From Clostridia bacterium (GTDB lineage: Bacteria > Bacillota > Clostridia > Oscillospirales > CAG-272), in contig JAFYPJ010000027.1 of NCBI GenBank assembly GCA_017547545.1, positions 1 to 59,812 on the forward strand: a stretch of 59,812 nt of DNA. Direction: 5' to 3'. The first letter of the stretch is position 1; every line of letters starts with the position of its first letter. The position numbers and the translations under genes are program-made. Shown here one piece after another: positions 37,142-46,317 of this stretch. The notes beneath the pieces are model-generated. The model did no database searches. It was not told the DNA's origin and saw only the letters and a program-made list of their open reading frames with translations.

Positions 37142-38227
37142 ATGTCAAACAGACTTTTTCAAGGCATTATCCAGCAGATGAAGGATGCCATAGACCGTAC
37201 CATTGGTATAATTGATGAAAACGGCACGGTTATTGCCTGCAGCGAGCTTACAAGAATAGGCGAAACACGCTTAGGTGTAAGGGAAGAGTTGGCTTATTCT
37301 GATGATATATTGTGTGCAAAGGGTTATACCTACCGTGCAGTTGGCAATAACATCAAATCCGAGTATGTTATGTTTATTGAGGGCGAAGATGAGTTTGCTC
37401 GCACAAATTCACTCATTATGGCACTTATGCTTAACCACATAAAGAGCCTTTATGATGAAAAATATGATAAGAGTTCATTTATTAAGAATATCATTCTTGA
37501 TAATATTCTTCCCAGTGATATTTATATCAAATCAAAGGAACTTCATTTCAATACCGATGTATACAGAATAGTATATCTTATCAAGTTTTACGGAAAGCTT
37601 GATGTTGTTCCTTTTGATCTTGTACAGAACATGTATCCCGATAAATCCAAGGATTATGTTATAAGTGTTGGCGAAAATGATATCGTGCTTGTACGCGAGG
37701 TTAAGCCTAACTATGATTCCAAGGAAATAGAAAAGGTTGCCCATACAATGGCAGATACATTCTCCGGTGAGTTCTACACCAGAGTATCTATCGGTATAGG
37801 TACAGCAGTAGATAATATAAAGGATCTTGCCCGTTCTTACAAGGAAGCACAGGTTGCTATTGAAGTTGGCAAGGTGTTTGATACAGAAAAGAATATAATC
37901 AGCTATGAAAATCTCGGTATAGGCAGACTTATTTATCAGTTGCCTACCACACTTTGTGAGATGTTCTTACAGGAAGTTTTCAAAAAAGGTTCGCTTGAAT
38001 CTCTTGATTCCGAAACTCTTATGACTATACAGTGTTTCTTTGAAAACAACCTTAATGTTTCGGAAACTTCCAGAAAGCTGTTTGTACATAGAAATACTCT
38101 TGTTTACAGACTTGAGAAAATACGCAAGCTTACCGGTCTCGATCTCCGTGAGTTCGAGCATGCTATTACCTTTAAGGTAGCATTGATGGTAAAGAAGTAT
38201 CTTACATCTAAGCCGGTTAAGTTCTAA
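37142..38227 (+). CDS. PucR/CdaR-family transcriptional regulator
   Basis: C-terminal PucR-type HTH (NLNVSETSRKLFVHRNTLVYRLEKIRKLTGLDL). 361 aa. Confidence 0.75.
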   Translation: MSNRLFQGIIQQMKDAIDRTIGIIDENGTVIACSELTRIGETRLGVREELAYSDDILCAKGYTYRAVGNNIKSEYVMFIEGEDEFARTNSLIMALMLNHIKSLYDEKYDKSSFIKNIILDNILPSDIYIKSKELHFNTDVYRIVYLIKFYGKLDVVPFDLVQNMYPDKSKDYVISVGENDIVLVREVKPNYDSKEIEKVAHTMADTFSGEFYTRVSIGIGTAVDNIKDLARSYKEAQVAIEVGKVFDTEKNIISYENLGIGRLIYQLPTTLCEMFLQEVFKKGSLESLDSETLMTIQCFFENNLNVSETSRKLFVHRNTLVYRLEKIRKLTGLDLREFEHAITFKVALMVKKYLTSKPVKF

Positions 38228-38274
38228 ACTGTGTCATAACCTCGGCACGGTACAATCAAAGGAGGTAAAAACAC

Positions 38275-38955
38275 ATGATTGAATTCAAGAATGTGAGCAA
38301 AAAGTATCCTAACGGTACCCTTGCTCTTGACGATGTAAGTTTAACTATCAATGACGGAGAATTCGTATTTATTGTAGGTGAGTCGGGTGCAGGTAAGTCC
38401 ACCATGCTCAAAACTCTTTTCCGTGAAGAAAAGATAACCTCAGGTTCTCTTATCGTTGACGGTTTCGATCTTAAAAAAACACGCAACCGCAAAATCCCGT
38501 ATTACCGTCGCAAACTCGGTATAGTTTTCCAGGATTTCAGACTTTTCCATGACAAAACTGTATTTGAAAATGTAGCATTTGCGATGCGTGCGGTTGGCGA
38601 ATCCACAAAATCCATAAATCGCCGTGTTCCCACAATCTTAAGCATAGTTAACCTTCAGGATAAGGTTAAATGCTTTCCAAGGGAGCTTTCCGGCGGCGAA
38701 CAGCAGAGAGTTGCTTTGGCGCGTGCTCTTGCAAATAATCCCAGCATTATCATAGCAGACGAGCCTACGGGTAATATAGATCCCAAGCTCAGTCTTGAAA
38801 TTATGAATCTTCTTATTAAGATACATAAGCACGGTAAAACTGTTATCGTTGTTACTCATGAGAAAAACTTTGTTGACTATTTCCAGCAGAGAGTTATTAC
38901 AATCAAGGACGGAAAGGTAGTTGACGACAAGGTAGGAGGTATGTTCGATGCGTAG
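38275..38955 (+). CDS. ftsE: cell division ATP-binding protein FtsE
   Basis: Walker [13 protein letters not shown] signature LSGGEQQRV and Walker B IIIADEP. Followed by ftsX with an 8-nt overlap. Confidence 0.92.
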   Translation: MIEFKNVSKKYPNGTLALDDVSLTINDGEFVFIVGESGAGKSTMLKTLFREEKITSGSLIVDGFDLKKTRNRKIPYYRRKLGIVFQDFRLFHDKTVFENVAFAMRAVGESTKSINRRVPTILSIVNLQDKVKCFPRELSGGEQQRVALARALANNPSIIIADEPTGNIDPKLSLEIMNLLIKIHKHGKTVIVVTHEKNFVDYFQQRVITIKDGKVVDDKVGGMFDA

Positions 38956-39874
38956 ATATAGCCTTGGATACCTTATATCCCAGACCTTTAAGAGTCTTAC
39001 CCGTAATTCCATGATGACCTTTGTATCGGTTGCGGTTCTGGTTTCTTGTCTTGTGGTTATGGGAACCTTTGCACTTCTTATAGGTAATATTGAAGTTAAC
39101 CTTAACAAATTAGGCGATCTCAATCAGATTGTTGTTTTCTGTAAGCTTGGTCTTGAGGATGAAGCAGTTGATGAGATAGGTACACAGATACGCGCTTTAA
39201 GCAATGTTAAAAAGGACGATGTTAAGTTTGTTTCAAATGAACAGGCACTTTTAGAGGAAAAGGAAAAATACAAAAAATCCTCCAAAGTGTTTGAAAACAT
39301 GGAAAAGGATAATCCTTATCCCGATAGCTTTGTTATTACATACAAGGATGCCGAAAAGGTAGCCGACCTTGAATATGAGCTCAGCAACATCGAAGGCATT
39401 GAAACAGTAAAATGCCGTGCAGATCTTGCACAAACCATAGACAGCATTAAAAACGGTGTTATTATTGCATTTACAGGTTTTCTTGCAATACTTTTCTTTG
39501 TAAGCATATTTGTAATAATCAACACGATCAAGCTTGCAGTTATGGCGAGAAGACAGGAAATTTATATTATGCGTTATGTTGGCGCAACAAGAAGCTTTAT
39601 CACCACACCCTTTATACTTGAGGGTATCAGCATTGGTGTTTTTTCAGCCGGTATATCATTCCTGATCCAGTGGTTCGGATATTCAAAGCTCACAGATGTG
39701 GTAGGTTCGGATTACTATATGTTGGACTTCCTTAAATTCTCGGATAAGGTTAATGTATTTGGCTTTTTTGATACAAACATAACATTGATAGTACTTGTTT
39801 CCTTCCTTTCGGTTGGTATTATAACCGGTATTATAGGAAGTATGATATCGCTTCGTAAATATCTCAAAGCATAA
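38948..39874 (+). CDS. ftsX: cell division permease-like protein FtsX
   Basis: One TM helix, a large extracellular loop and three C-terminal TM helices. Conserved IYIMRYVGAT motif. Confidence 0.9.
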   Translation: MRRYSLGYLISQTFKSLTRNSMMTFVSVAVLVSCLVVMGTFALLIGNIEVNLNKLGDLNQIVVFCKLGLEDEAVDEIGTQIRALSNVKKDDVKFVSNEQALLEEKEKYKKSSKVFENMEKDNPYPDSFVITYKDAEKVADLEYELSNIEGIETVKCRADLAQTIDSIKNGVIIAFTGFLAILFFVSIFVIINTIKLAVMARRQEIYIMRYVGATRSFITTPFILEGISIGVFSAGISFLIQWFGYSKLTDVVGSDYYMLDFLKFSDKVNVFGFFDTNITLIVLVSFLSVGIITGIIGSMISLRKYLKA

Positions 39875-39896
39875 AATTCTGCTAAAGGAGGTTTAT

Positions 39897-41111
39897 ATGA
39901 AAAGAATCAGAAAAAAAATAATTGCAATAACCGCCTTTGCGGTAGCATTATTTGTAATTTTCAGCGCAATTCCCATGAACAGAACAAGGGTTAATGCTAT
40001 AGACACCAGTGTAGAGGCAGAAGAAGCGTTAAGAGATAAGATAAAGGATCTTCAGGGCAAGCAGGATGAGTTGGAAGCGGATATACAGGCTTCAAAATCC
40101 GAGCAGCTTGAAACAGAACAAAAGCTTGAATATCTGAATTCTCTTATCTTTACAACAAACGAAGAAATTGTTGCAACAGAAACTCTTATCGAAGAGTTTA
40201 CCCAGCTTTTGGAGGATACACAGGCTCAGATAGAAGCAACAAAGCTTCAGTTGGAAGAGAACTTTGAATCACTTAAATTAAGACTTAATTATTCTTATGT
40301 AGAGGGTGATGCAAGCTATCTTGAAATGTTGCTTGACTCAAAAAGTTTTGTAGAATTTCTCACATCAGCAGAGCGTGTAGGATACATGCTTGAAAGTGAC
40401 CGTATATTACTTGAAGAAACAGAAGCTGCCCTGGAACAGCTTGAAGTACAGGAAGCAACCTATGATTCGGCACTTGAAGAGCAAAAGGCTCTTAAAGTAG
40501 ATCTTGAAGCTGTTGTTGCGGAAAGCGAGCTCTTAACCGAAGAAGCCAACGCATATATTGCTCAGCTTGAAGAAGAGCAGGCAGAACTTGAAGAGGATTA
40601 TGAAGCATTGATCGCCATGGAAGAAGAGTTCAATGCGGAAATTGAGGCAATCCTTGCCGCGCGTATCCCTCCGCCTTCTTCCTCCGGATCAAACGGAGCT
40701 AATTATGCTCCAGAATTTGGCGGAACCTTTATCAAGCCCTTGCCCGGAGGTACTTATTATGTTTCCTCCGAATACGGTTGGAGAACCCTTTGGGGATATC
40801 AGAATTTCCATTTGGGAATAGATCTTGCAGCCCCTGCAGGAACTCCCGTATATGCTTCTGCAGCAGGTACGGTAGTAACCTCTGCATATCATTACAGCTA
40901 TGGATACTATGTTCTTATAGATCACGGTGACGGCTTTGCAACCCTTTATGCTCACAACAGTGCGCTTTATGTAAATTCCGGTTCCTATGTTGCCCAAGGA
41001 CAAAAGATCGCTGCTGTAGGTACAACAGGTTCTTCTTCGGGTAACCATCTGCACTTTGAGGTGAGAGTTAACGGAAGCACCACAAATCCCAGATCCTATG
41101 TTGGATTCTAA
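39897..41111 (+). CDS. coiled-coil + M23 (LytM) peptidoglycan metalloendopeptidase (EnvC/PcsB-like FtsEX partner)
   Basis: Signal anchor, ~230 aa of Glu/Leu-rich coiled coil, and a C-terminal M23 domain (HLGIDLAAPAGTPVYA ... GNHLHFEV). Confidence 0.85.
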   Translation: MKRIRKKIIAITAFAVALFVIFSAIPMNRTRVNAIDTSVEAEEALRDKIKDLQGKQDELEADIQASKSEQLETEQKLEYLNSLIFTTNEEIVATETLIEEFTQLLEDTQAQIEATKLQLEENFESLKLRLNYSYVEGDASYLEMLLDSKSFVEFLTSAERVGYMLESDRILLEETEAALEQLEVQEATYDSALEEQKALKVDLEAVVAESELLTEEANAYIAQLEEEQAELEEDYEALIAMEEEFNAEIEAILAARIPPPSSSGSNGANYAPEFGGTFIKPLPGGTYYVSSEYGWRTLWGYQNFHLGIDLAAPAGTPVYASAAGTVVTSAYHYSYGYYVLIDHGDGFATLYAHNSALYVNSGSYVAQGQKIAAVGTTGSSSGNHLHFEVRVNGSTTNPRSYVGF

Positions 41112-41230
41112 TATATTTATATAGTTATAATGTGGCATTGGCAGATTATTTCTGCCATGCCATATTCCCTATATATAAATAATCCGCTTTTGAGTTAATA
41201 TGACTTTTTTCCCATATAACGGAGTGTATA

Positions 41231-42430
41231 ATGAAAAAAAGATTTTCTATACTTACCTTTACAGTTGCGGTATTGGCGGCAATAATAATAACATTTCAGG
41301 TAACTTATGTTTCCTGTTATATGGTATACAGAAACAAATCGGCAAAAGAACAAAACAGCTTTACCGATATGGATATGCTTAGTGCCATAGATTATGTATA
41401 TTCAAATTACTATTACGGTGATATGGATAAGGATGCCCTTGAAGAAGCCCTTATTTACGGATATATTTACGGTACCGGAGATAAATACGGTGAATATATG
41501 GATGCCGAGAGCTATGCGGAATTTACCGATGACAATAATGGTAAAAATGTAGGTATAGGCTTGAATGTTATATATAACGATGAAATGGAAGCTATTGAGG
41601 TAATAAATATTACCCCGGACTCTCCTGCAGAAAAAGCAGGAATTATAATAGGCGACCTTATTGTTAAGGTGGGCGATGAGCTTGTTAGTGATGCGGGTTA
41701 TTATTCATCCCTTGCAATGATGCAGGGAGAGAAGGATACCGCTGCAGAATTTACTGTAAGCAGAAACGGCAAAGAAATTGAATTTTCGGTAATTCGTACA
41801 GAAATAACCCAACATACCGCAGTTGGCAGAATGTATTTAGACGGTATAACGGGAGTAGTGCGTATCGAAGAATTTGATGCAACCACCTTTGAACAGTTTA
41901 AATCGGCAATAAAGGAGCTTAAAAAACAGGGCGCCGAAAGATTGGTATTTGATGTAAGGCAAAACCCGGGCGGTGATCTTGAAAGTATAGTTTCGGTGTT
42001 GGATTACCTTCTTCCCGAAGGACCGATTATCCGTATTGAGGATAAGGACGGTAACGAGACAACAAGAGATTCGGACAAAAAGCATCTTGATATGCCAATG
42101 GCGGTACTTGTAAATGAAAATACCGCAAGTGCGGCAGAGCTGTTTGCTTCTGCTTTGCAGGACTATAAGGCGGCAACCATAGTGGGCAAAACCACCTATG
42201 GAAAGGGAAGTATGCAAACTATTATTCCACTTAATGGAGGTGCAGCACTTCGTCTTACCTTTAAAATGTATAAGCCACCTTTTTCGGATAGCTATGACGG
42301 TATCGGTGTTGTTCCCGATATTGATGTTGCTTTGTCCGGGGAAGTTGAAGATATAAGTTTATATAAGCTTACGGATGAAAATGACACTCAGCTTATAAGA
42401 GCAATTGAATTTTTAAATACAAGAAAATAA
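41231..42430 (+). CDS. S41-family C-terminal processing protease
   Basis: N-terminal anchor, a PDZ region (GIGLNV...SPAEKAGIIIGDLIVKV), and the catalytic region RLVFDVRQNPGG...TASAAELFA...GKGS. Confidence 0.85.
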   Translation: MKKRFSILTFTVAVLAAIIITFQVTYVSCYMVYRNKSAKEQNSFTDMDMLSAIDYVYSNYYYGDMDKDALEEALIYGYIYGTGDKYGEYMDAESYAEFTDDNNGKNVGIGLNVIYNDEMEAIEVINITPDSPAEKAGIIIGDLIVKVGDELVSDAGYYSSLAMMQGEKDTAAEFTVSRNGKEIEFSVIRTEITQHTAVGRMYLDGITGVVRIEEFDATTFEQFKSAIKELKKQGAERLVFDVRQNPGGDLESIVSVLDYLLPEGPIIRIEDKDGNETTRDSDKKHLDMPMAVLVNENTASAAELFASALQDYKAATIVGKTTYGKGSMQTIIPLNGGAALRLTFKMYKPPFSDSYDGIGVVPDIDVALSGEVEDISLYKLTDENDTQLIRAIEFLNTRK

Positions 42431-42449
42431 TTTTTAAGGAGATAAAATC

Positions 42450-42923
42450 ATGGCAGAACCTATTGTAGTAACCCCCGAAGGTTTAAAAAAATTACAGGAC
42501 GAATTAGAATATTTAAAGTCCACAAAGCGTAAGGAAAATGTTGAAGCTATCAGAGTTGCGCTTTCCTTCGGTGACCTTTCCGAAAACAGCGAATACGATG
42601 AGGCAAAAACCGAGCAGGGTAAAACAGAAAGCCGCATCATTGAGCTTGAAGAAATGCTCAAAAATGTAAAGGTTATAAGCGAAAATGAGATAAAAACAGA
42701 TATTGTAAATGTTGGTAATGTAGTTCTTGTTTTTGATGTTGATTTTGATGAAGAAATAGAATACAGCGTAGTTGGTTCTACCGAAGCTAATCCTATTGAA
42801 AACAAGATTTCAGATCAGTCTCCCATAGGCAAGGCACTTTTAGGCGCAAAGGTTGGCGACACAGTTACCTTTGAAACTCCCGGTGGAGAAGCAAGCTTAA
42901 AGATATTAAAGATTTCTAAGTAA
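42450..42923 (+). CDS. greA: transcription elongation factor GreA
   Basis: 157 aa. [13 protein letters not shown] acidic-tip motif and the C-terminal [18 protein letters not shown]. Confidence 0.95.
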   Translation: MAEPIVVTPEGLKKLQDELEYLKSTKRKENVEAIRVALSFGDLSENSEYDEAKTEQGKTESRIIELEEMLKNVKVISENEIKTDIVNVGNVVLVFDVDFDEEIEYSVVGSTEANPIENKISDQSPIGKALLGAKVGDTVTFETPGGEASLKILKISK

Positions 42924-42937
42924 TAAAGGACGAAAAA

Positions 42938-44878
42938 ATGGAAAAGACAAAAGTAAATGAAGCAGCAGTTCAGGAAGATCTTTCCGAAATTCTGCAGATC
43001 AGACGAGATAAGCTTGCTGCACTTCGTGAAGCAGGTAAGGATCCCTTTGAAATAACTAAATTTGATTTTACACATACAAGTGATACAGTAAAGAATAATT
43101 TTGACGAGCTTGAAAATCAGACCGTAGTTCTTGCAGGAAGAATGATGAGCCGCCGTATCATGGGTAAGGCATCCTTCTGTCACCTTCAGGATAATGACGG
43201 TAAAATTCAGGTTTATGTTAAGAGAGATGATGTTGGCGAGGATGTATATCCCGAATTCAAAAAGTGGGATATCGGTGATATCATAGGCATCAAGGGCTTT
43301 GTATTCAAAACTAAAACAGGTGAAATTTCTGTTCATGCTCAGGAGATCACACTTCTTGCAAAGTCACTTCTTCCCCTTCCCGAAAAATTCCACGGTTTAA
43401 CAGACCGCGAAACAAGATACCGTCAGAGATATGTTGACCTTATAGTTAATCCTGAGGTTAAGGATACCTTTGTTAAGCGTAGTCTTATACTTCGTGAGCT
43501 TCGTCATTTCCTTGATTCCAAGGGATTTTTAGAGGTTGACACACCCATTCTCACTCCCTTTGAAATAGGTGCATCCGCAAGACCTTTCTATACTCACCAC
43601 AATACCCTTGATATGGATATGGTTCTTCGTATCGAAACAGAGCTTTATTTAAAGCGTCTTATTGTTGGCGGTATGGATAGAGTATACGAGGTTGGCCGTA
43701 TCTTCCGTAATGAGGGTATGGACCCCAAGCATAATCCCGAATTTACATCTATCGAGCTTTATCAGGCATACACCGATTACCATGGCTTAATGGATCTTGT
43801 TGAGGATATGATGAAAACTGTTACTTTAAAGGTTTGCGGTACACTTCAGATTCCCTACCAGGGACACATTATTGATATTTCCAATTGGGAAAAGCTTACC
43901 ATGGTTGAGGCTGTTAAGAAATACAGTGGAGTTGACTTCAATAAGGTTGAAAGTGACGAAGAGGCTATTGCTCTTGCAAAGGAACATAAAGTTGATCTTC
44001 CCGAAATTCCTTCAAAGGGTGCGATTATTGCAGAATTCTTTGATGCATTTGTTGAAGAAAAGCTTATTCAGCCTACCTTTATCTACGATTATCCCGTAGA
44101 AATAAGTCCTCTTGCAAAGCGTAAGCCTGAAGATCCCATGTTTACAGAGCGTTTTGAATACTTCATTAACGCAACAGAATTCGGTAACGCATTCTCTGAG
44201 CTTAACGACCCCATAGATCAGAAGCAGAGATTCGAAAAGCAGGTTGCAGACCGCAAAGCAATTGAACCCGATACAAAGGCAGAGGTAGACTATGACTATA
44301 TCAACGCACTTGAATACGGTATGCCTCCTACAGGCGGTTTAGGCTTTGGTATTGACCGTCTTGTTATGCTTCTTACAGACAGCGCATCTATCCGCGATGT
44401 TCTTCTTTTCCCCACAATGAAGCCTACAGAGACTCCCAAGAAGGAAAAGGCGGAAGCAAAGACAGTTGAAGTTGCCCCCGCAGTTGAAGCAAATGAAATA
44501 ATAGATTTTTCCAAGGTTGAGATTGAGCCTCTCTTTGCAGACTGTGTTGACTTTGAAACCTTCTCTAAATCTGATTTCAGAGCAGTTAAGGTGAAGGCTT
44601 GCGAAGCAGTTAAAAAGAGTAAAAAGCTTTTACAGTTCACTCTTGATGACGGAACAGAAAATGACCGTACAATTTTAAGCGGCATCCATGCCTTTTATGA
44701 GCCTGAAGAACTTGTAGGTAAAACTCTTATTGCAATTACAAATCTTCCCCCCAGAGCAATGATGGGTATTGAATCCAACGGTATGCTCCTTTCTGCAATT
44801 CATACCGAAGAAGGCGAAGAAAAGCTCCACCTTCTTATGGTTGATCCCCATATCCCCGCAGGCGCAAAGCTTTATTAA
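42938..44878 (+). CDS. lysS: class II lysine--tRNA ligase fused to a C-terminal Trbp111/MetRS-C-type tRNA-binding domain
   Basis: Core of ~495 aa (RQRYVDLIVNP, VYEVGRIFRNEG, GGLGFGIDRLVML), then a Lys/Glu linker and ~125 aa DFSKVEI...KVKACEAVKKSKKLLQFTLDDG...ILSGIHAFYEPEELVGK...NLPPRAMMGIESNGMLLSA. Confidence 0.9.
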   Translation: MEKTKVNEAAVQEDLSEILQIRRDKLAALREAGKDPFEITKFDFTHTSDTVKNNFDELENQTVVLAGRMMSRRIMGKASFCHLQDNDGKIQVYVKRDDVGEDVYPEFKKWDIGDIIGIKGFVFKTKTGEISVHAQEITLLAKSLLPLPEKFHGLTDRETRYRQRYVDLIVNPEVKDTFVKRSLILRELRHFLDSKGFLEVDTPILTPFEIGASARPFYTHHNTLDMDMVLRIETELYLKRLIVGGMDRVYEVGRIFRNEGMDPKHNPEFTSIELYQAYTDYHGLMDLVEDMMKTVTLKVCGTLQIPYQGHIIDISNWEKLTMVEAVKKYSGVDFNKVESDEEAIALAKEHKVDLPEIPSKGAIIAEFFDAFVEEKLIQPTFIYDYPVEISPLAKRKPEDPMFTERFEYFINATEFGNAFSELNDPIDQKQRFEKQVADRKAIEPDTKAEVDYDYINALEYGMPPTGGLGFGIDRLVMLLTDSASIRDVLLFPTMKPTETPKKEKAEAKTVEVAPAVEANEIIDFSKVEIEPLFADCVDFETFSKSDFRAVKVKACEAVKKSKKLLQFTLDDGTENDRTILSGIHAFYEPEELVGKTLIAITNLPPRAMMGIESNGMLLSAIHTEEGEEKLHLLMVDPHIPAGAKLY

Positions 44879-44888
44879 GATAAAAGTT

Positions 44889-44930
44889 AAGGACTATGAT
44901 GTGTATTTTTTCATCATAGTCCTTTTAATT
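44889..44930 (+). terminator. rho-independent terminator after lysS
   Basis: 13-bp stem AAGGACTATGATG/CATCATAGTCCTT followed by TTAATT. Confidence 0.75.
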
Positions 44931-44992
44931 TTAAACTACCAAGCCTTTACCACTTCCGTGGTGAGGGGTTGTTCTTTTTTGTGCAGCCAACG

Positions 44993-45026
44993 AAAAAACC
45001 TCTGCCGACAAAAGCAGAGCGTTTTT
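44993..45026. terminator. bidirectional terminator hairpin
   Basis: AAAAAA-CCTCTGC-loop-GCAGAG-CGTTTTT. The T run on the minus strand would serve the XRE gene. Confidence 0.55.
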
Positions 45027-45038
45027 AAATATTCTTGA

Positions 45039-45269
45039 TTAGTCTTCTTCCAAGAGCTTGGCAGGGGATACTTTTAATACTTGCGCGATCTTGAATAAGG
45101 TTTCAAGCGAAACGCCACGCACCGTACCGGTGCCTTCAACCTGACCAACAAAGCTTACACTTTTGCCGATAAGTTCAGCAAAATATTCTTGCGTAAAACC
45201 TGCTTTTCTTCTGTAATATGCAATCTTCAGTCCAAGAGTTATATACTTATCCGGAAATTCTGTCTTCAT
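45039..45269 (-). CDS. XRE-family helix-turn-helix transcriptional regulator
   Basis: 76 aa. LGLKIAYYRRKAGFTQEYFAELIGKSVSFVGQVE is the classic Cro/C1 HTH. Confidence 0.85.
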   Translation of the reverse strand: MKTEFPDKYITLGLKIAYYRRKAGFTQEYFAELIGKSVSFVGQVEGTGTVRGVSLETLFKIAQVLKVSPAKLLEED

Positions 45270-45347
45270 TTTGTCACTCCTTTTCCTTTATACATATATA
45301 TTACTGAAAAAAGGAGTAATTTATTATAAGAAACAACTGCAGATATA

Positions 45348-45362
45348 TTCACTTTAAGTGAA
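45348..45362. promoter_or_regulatory. 15-bp perfect palindrome TTCACTT-T-AAGTGAA (candidate XRE operator)
   Basis: Lies in the divergent 140-nt intergenic region. Its left arm coincides with a -35-like TTCACT placed 17 nt before TATAAT (45371-45376). Confidence 0.4.
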
Positions 45363-45409
45363 AGAAGGTATATAATAAGTAAAAAATTATTTACTCTGGA
45401 GGAATATAT

Positions 45410-45880
45410 ATGCACGATAATGCCTGCTGCTTTTTCTGTCACAGAACCATAAACGAAACCGACGAACTCAGAACTAAAATAACCGAAGTTGTTGAAAGAC
45501 TGATTAAGGACGAAAATGTAGATACATTTTTGTTCGGAAGCAAAAGTCAATTCGCCAGCCTCTGCCTCAAGCTCGTGACCAAATTAAAAGAAAAATACCC
45601 ACACATAAAGCGAATCTATGTGCGGGCGGAATTTCCGATTATAAATGAAAGTTATACGGCATACTTATTAAAATCCTACGACGAAACCTATTATCCCAAA
45701 AAGCTTCACGGTACAGGCAGAGCCGCCTATGTAGAGCGTAATTACGAAAAGATAAACAAGAGCAAATATTGTATCATTTATTACAATGAACAAAATGTTC
45801 TTGCCGGTTTCAAAAGTGGCACTAAAATTGCTCTTGATTATGCAATCAAAAAGGGCAGGAATATTATTTTACTTGATTGA
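45410..45880 (+). CDS. SLOG-superfamily protein (DUF1273/YpsA-like), divergent
   Basis: CCFFCHR (family: CxFTGHR), KYPHIKRIYV, ERNYEKINKSKYCIIYY and KIALDYAIKKGRNIILL match the DUF1273 layout. The Gly-rich loop is replaced by FGSKSQFA. Confidence 0.55.
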   Translation: MHDNACCFFCHRTINETDELRTKITEVVERLIKDENVDTFLFGSKSQFASLCLKLVTKLKEKYPHIKRIYVRAEFPIINESYTAYLLKSYDETYYPKKLHGTGRAAYVERNYEKINKSKYCIIYYNEQNVLAGFKSGTKIALDYAIKKGRNIILLD

Positions 45881-45931
45881 AAAACAAGTTTTTATATGCT
45901 ATAATAACTAAAAATTAAAAGGAGATGCGTA

Positions 45932-46297
45932 ATGAAAAGGGAAGAGCTTTTTAAAAGCATATTAAATCAGGATAAGGCACCGGTTGTAGTATGTGATATG
46001 GAGTCTACCATTGTATATATGAATCCTTCCGCAATTGCCAGGTATCATGGGGATCTTACAGGGAACAGTATAAAAGACTGTCACCCTGCTGCCGCAAATA
46101 AAAAAATAGATCTGGTACTTGAGTGGTTTGGCAAGAGTAAAGAGAACAACATTGTTTTCACATATCATAACAGGGAGGAAAACAAGGATGTGTATATGGT
46201 AGCTCTTCGGGATTTAAAGGGTACTCTTATCGGATATTATGAAAAGCATGAATTCCGCAATAAAGAAAATTCAAATCCTTATCATTTTTGTGTTTAA
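45932..46297 (+). CDS. stand-alone PAS-like domain protein
   Basis: 121 aa. The PAS-like pattern PVVVCDMESTIVYMNPSAIARYHGDL...VFTYHN...VYMVALRDLKGTLIGYYE. Family call by eye only. Confidence 0.4.
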   Translation: MKREELFKSILNQDKAPVVVCDMESTIVYMNPSAIARYHGDLTGNSIKDCHPAAANKKIDLVLEWFGKSKENNIVFTYHNREENKDVYMVALRDLKGTLIGYYEKHEFRNKENSNPYHFCV

Positions 46298-46317
46298 TAA
46301 GAGCATAAGATCATATA

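Noticed and set aside
41200-41382. 60-aa ORF overlapping the start of the S41 protease gene.
   Set aside because: It is out of frame with, and largely inside, a well-supported gene that has its own RBS. It has no RBS or motif of its own.
45788-45800. GAAC-AAAAT-GTTC, which looks like an SOS (Cheo) box.
   Set aside because: The spacer is 5 nt instead of 4, and the site lies inside the SLOG-like coding region rather than at a promoter.
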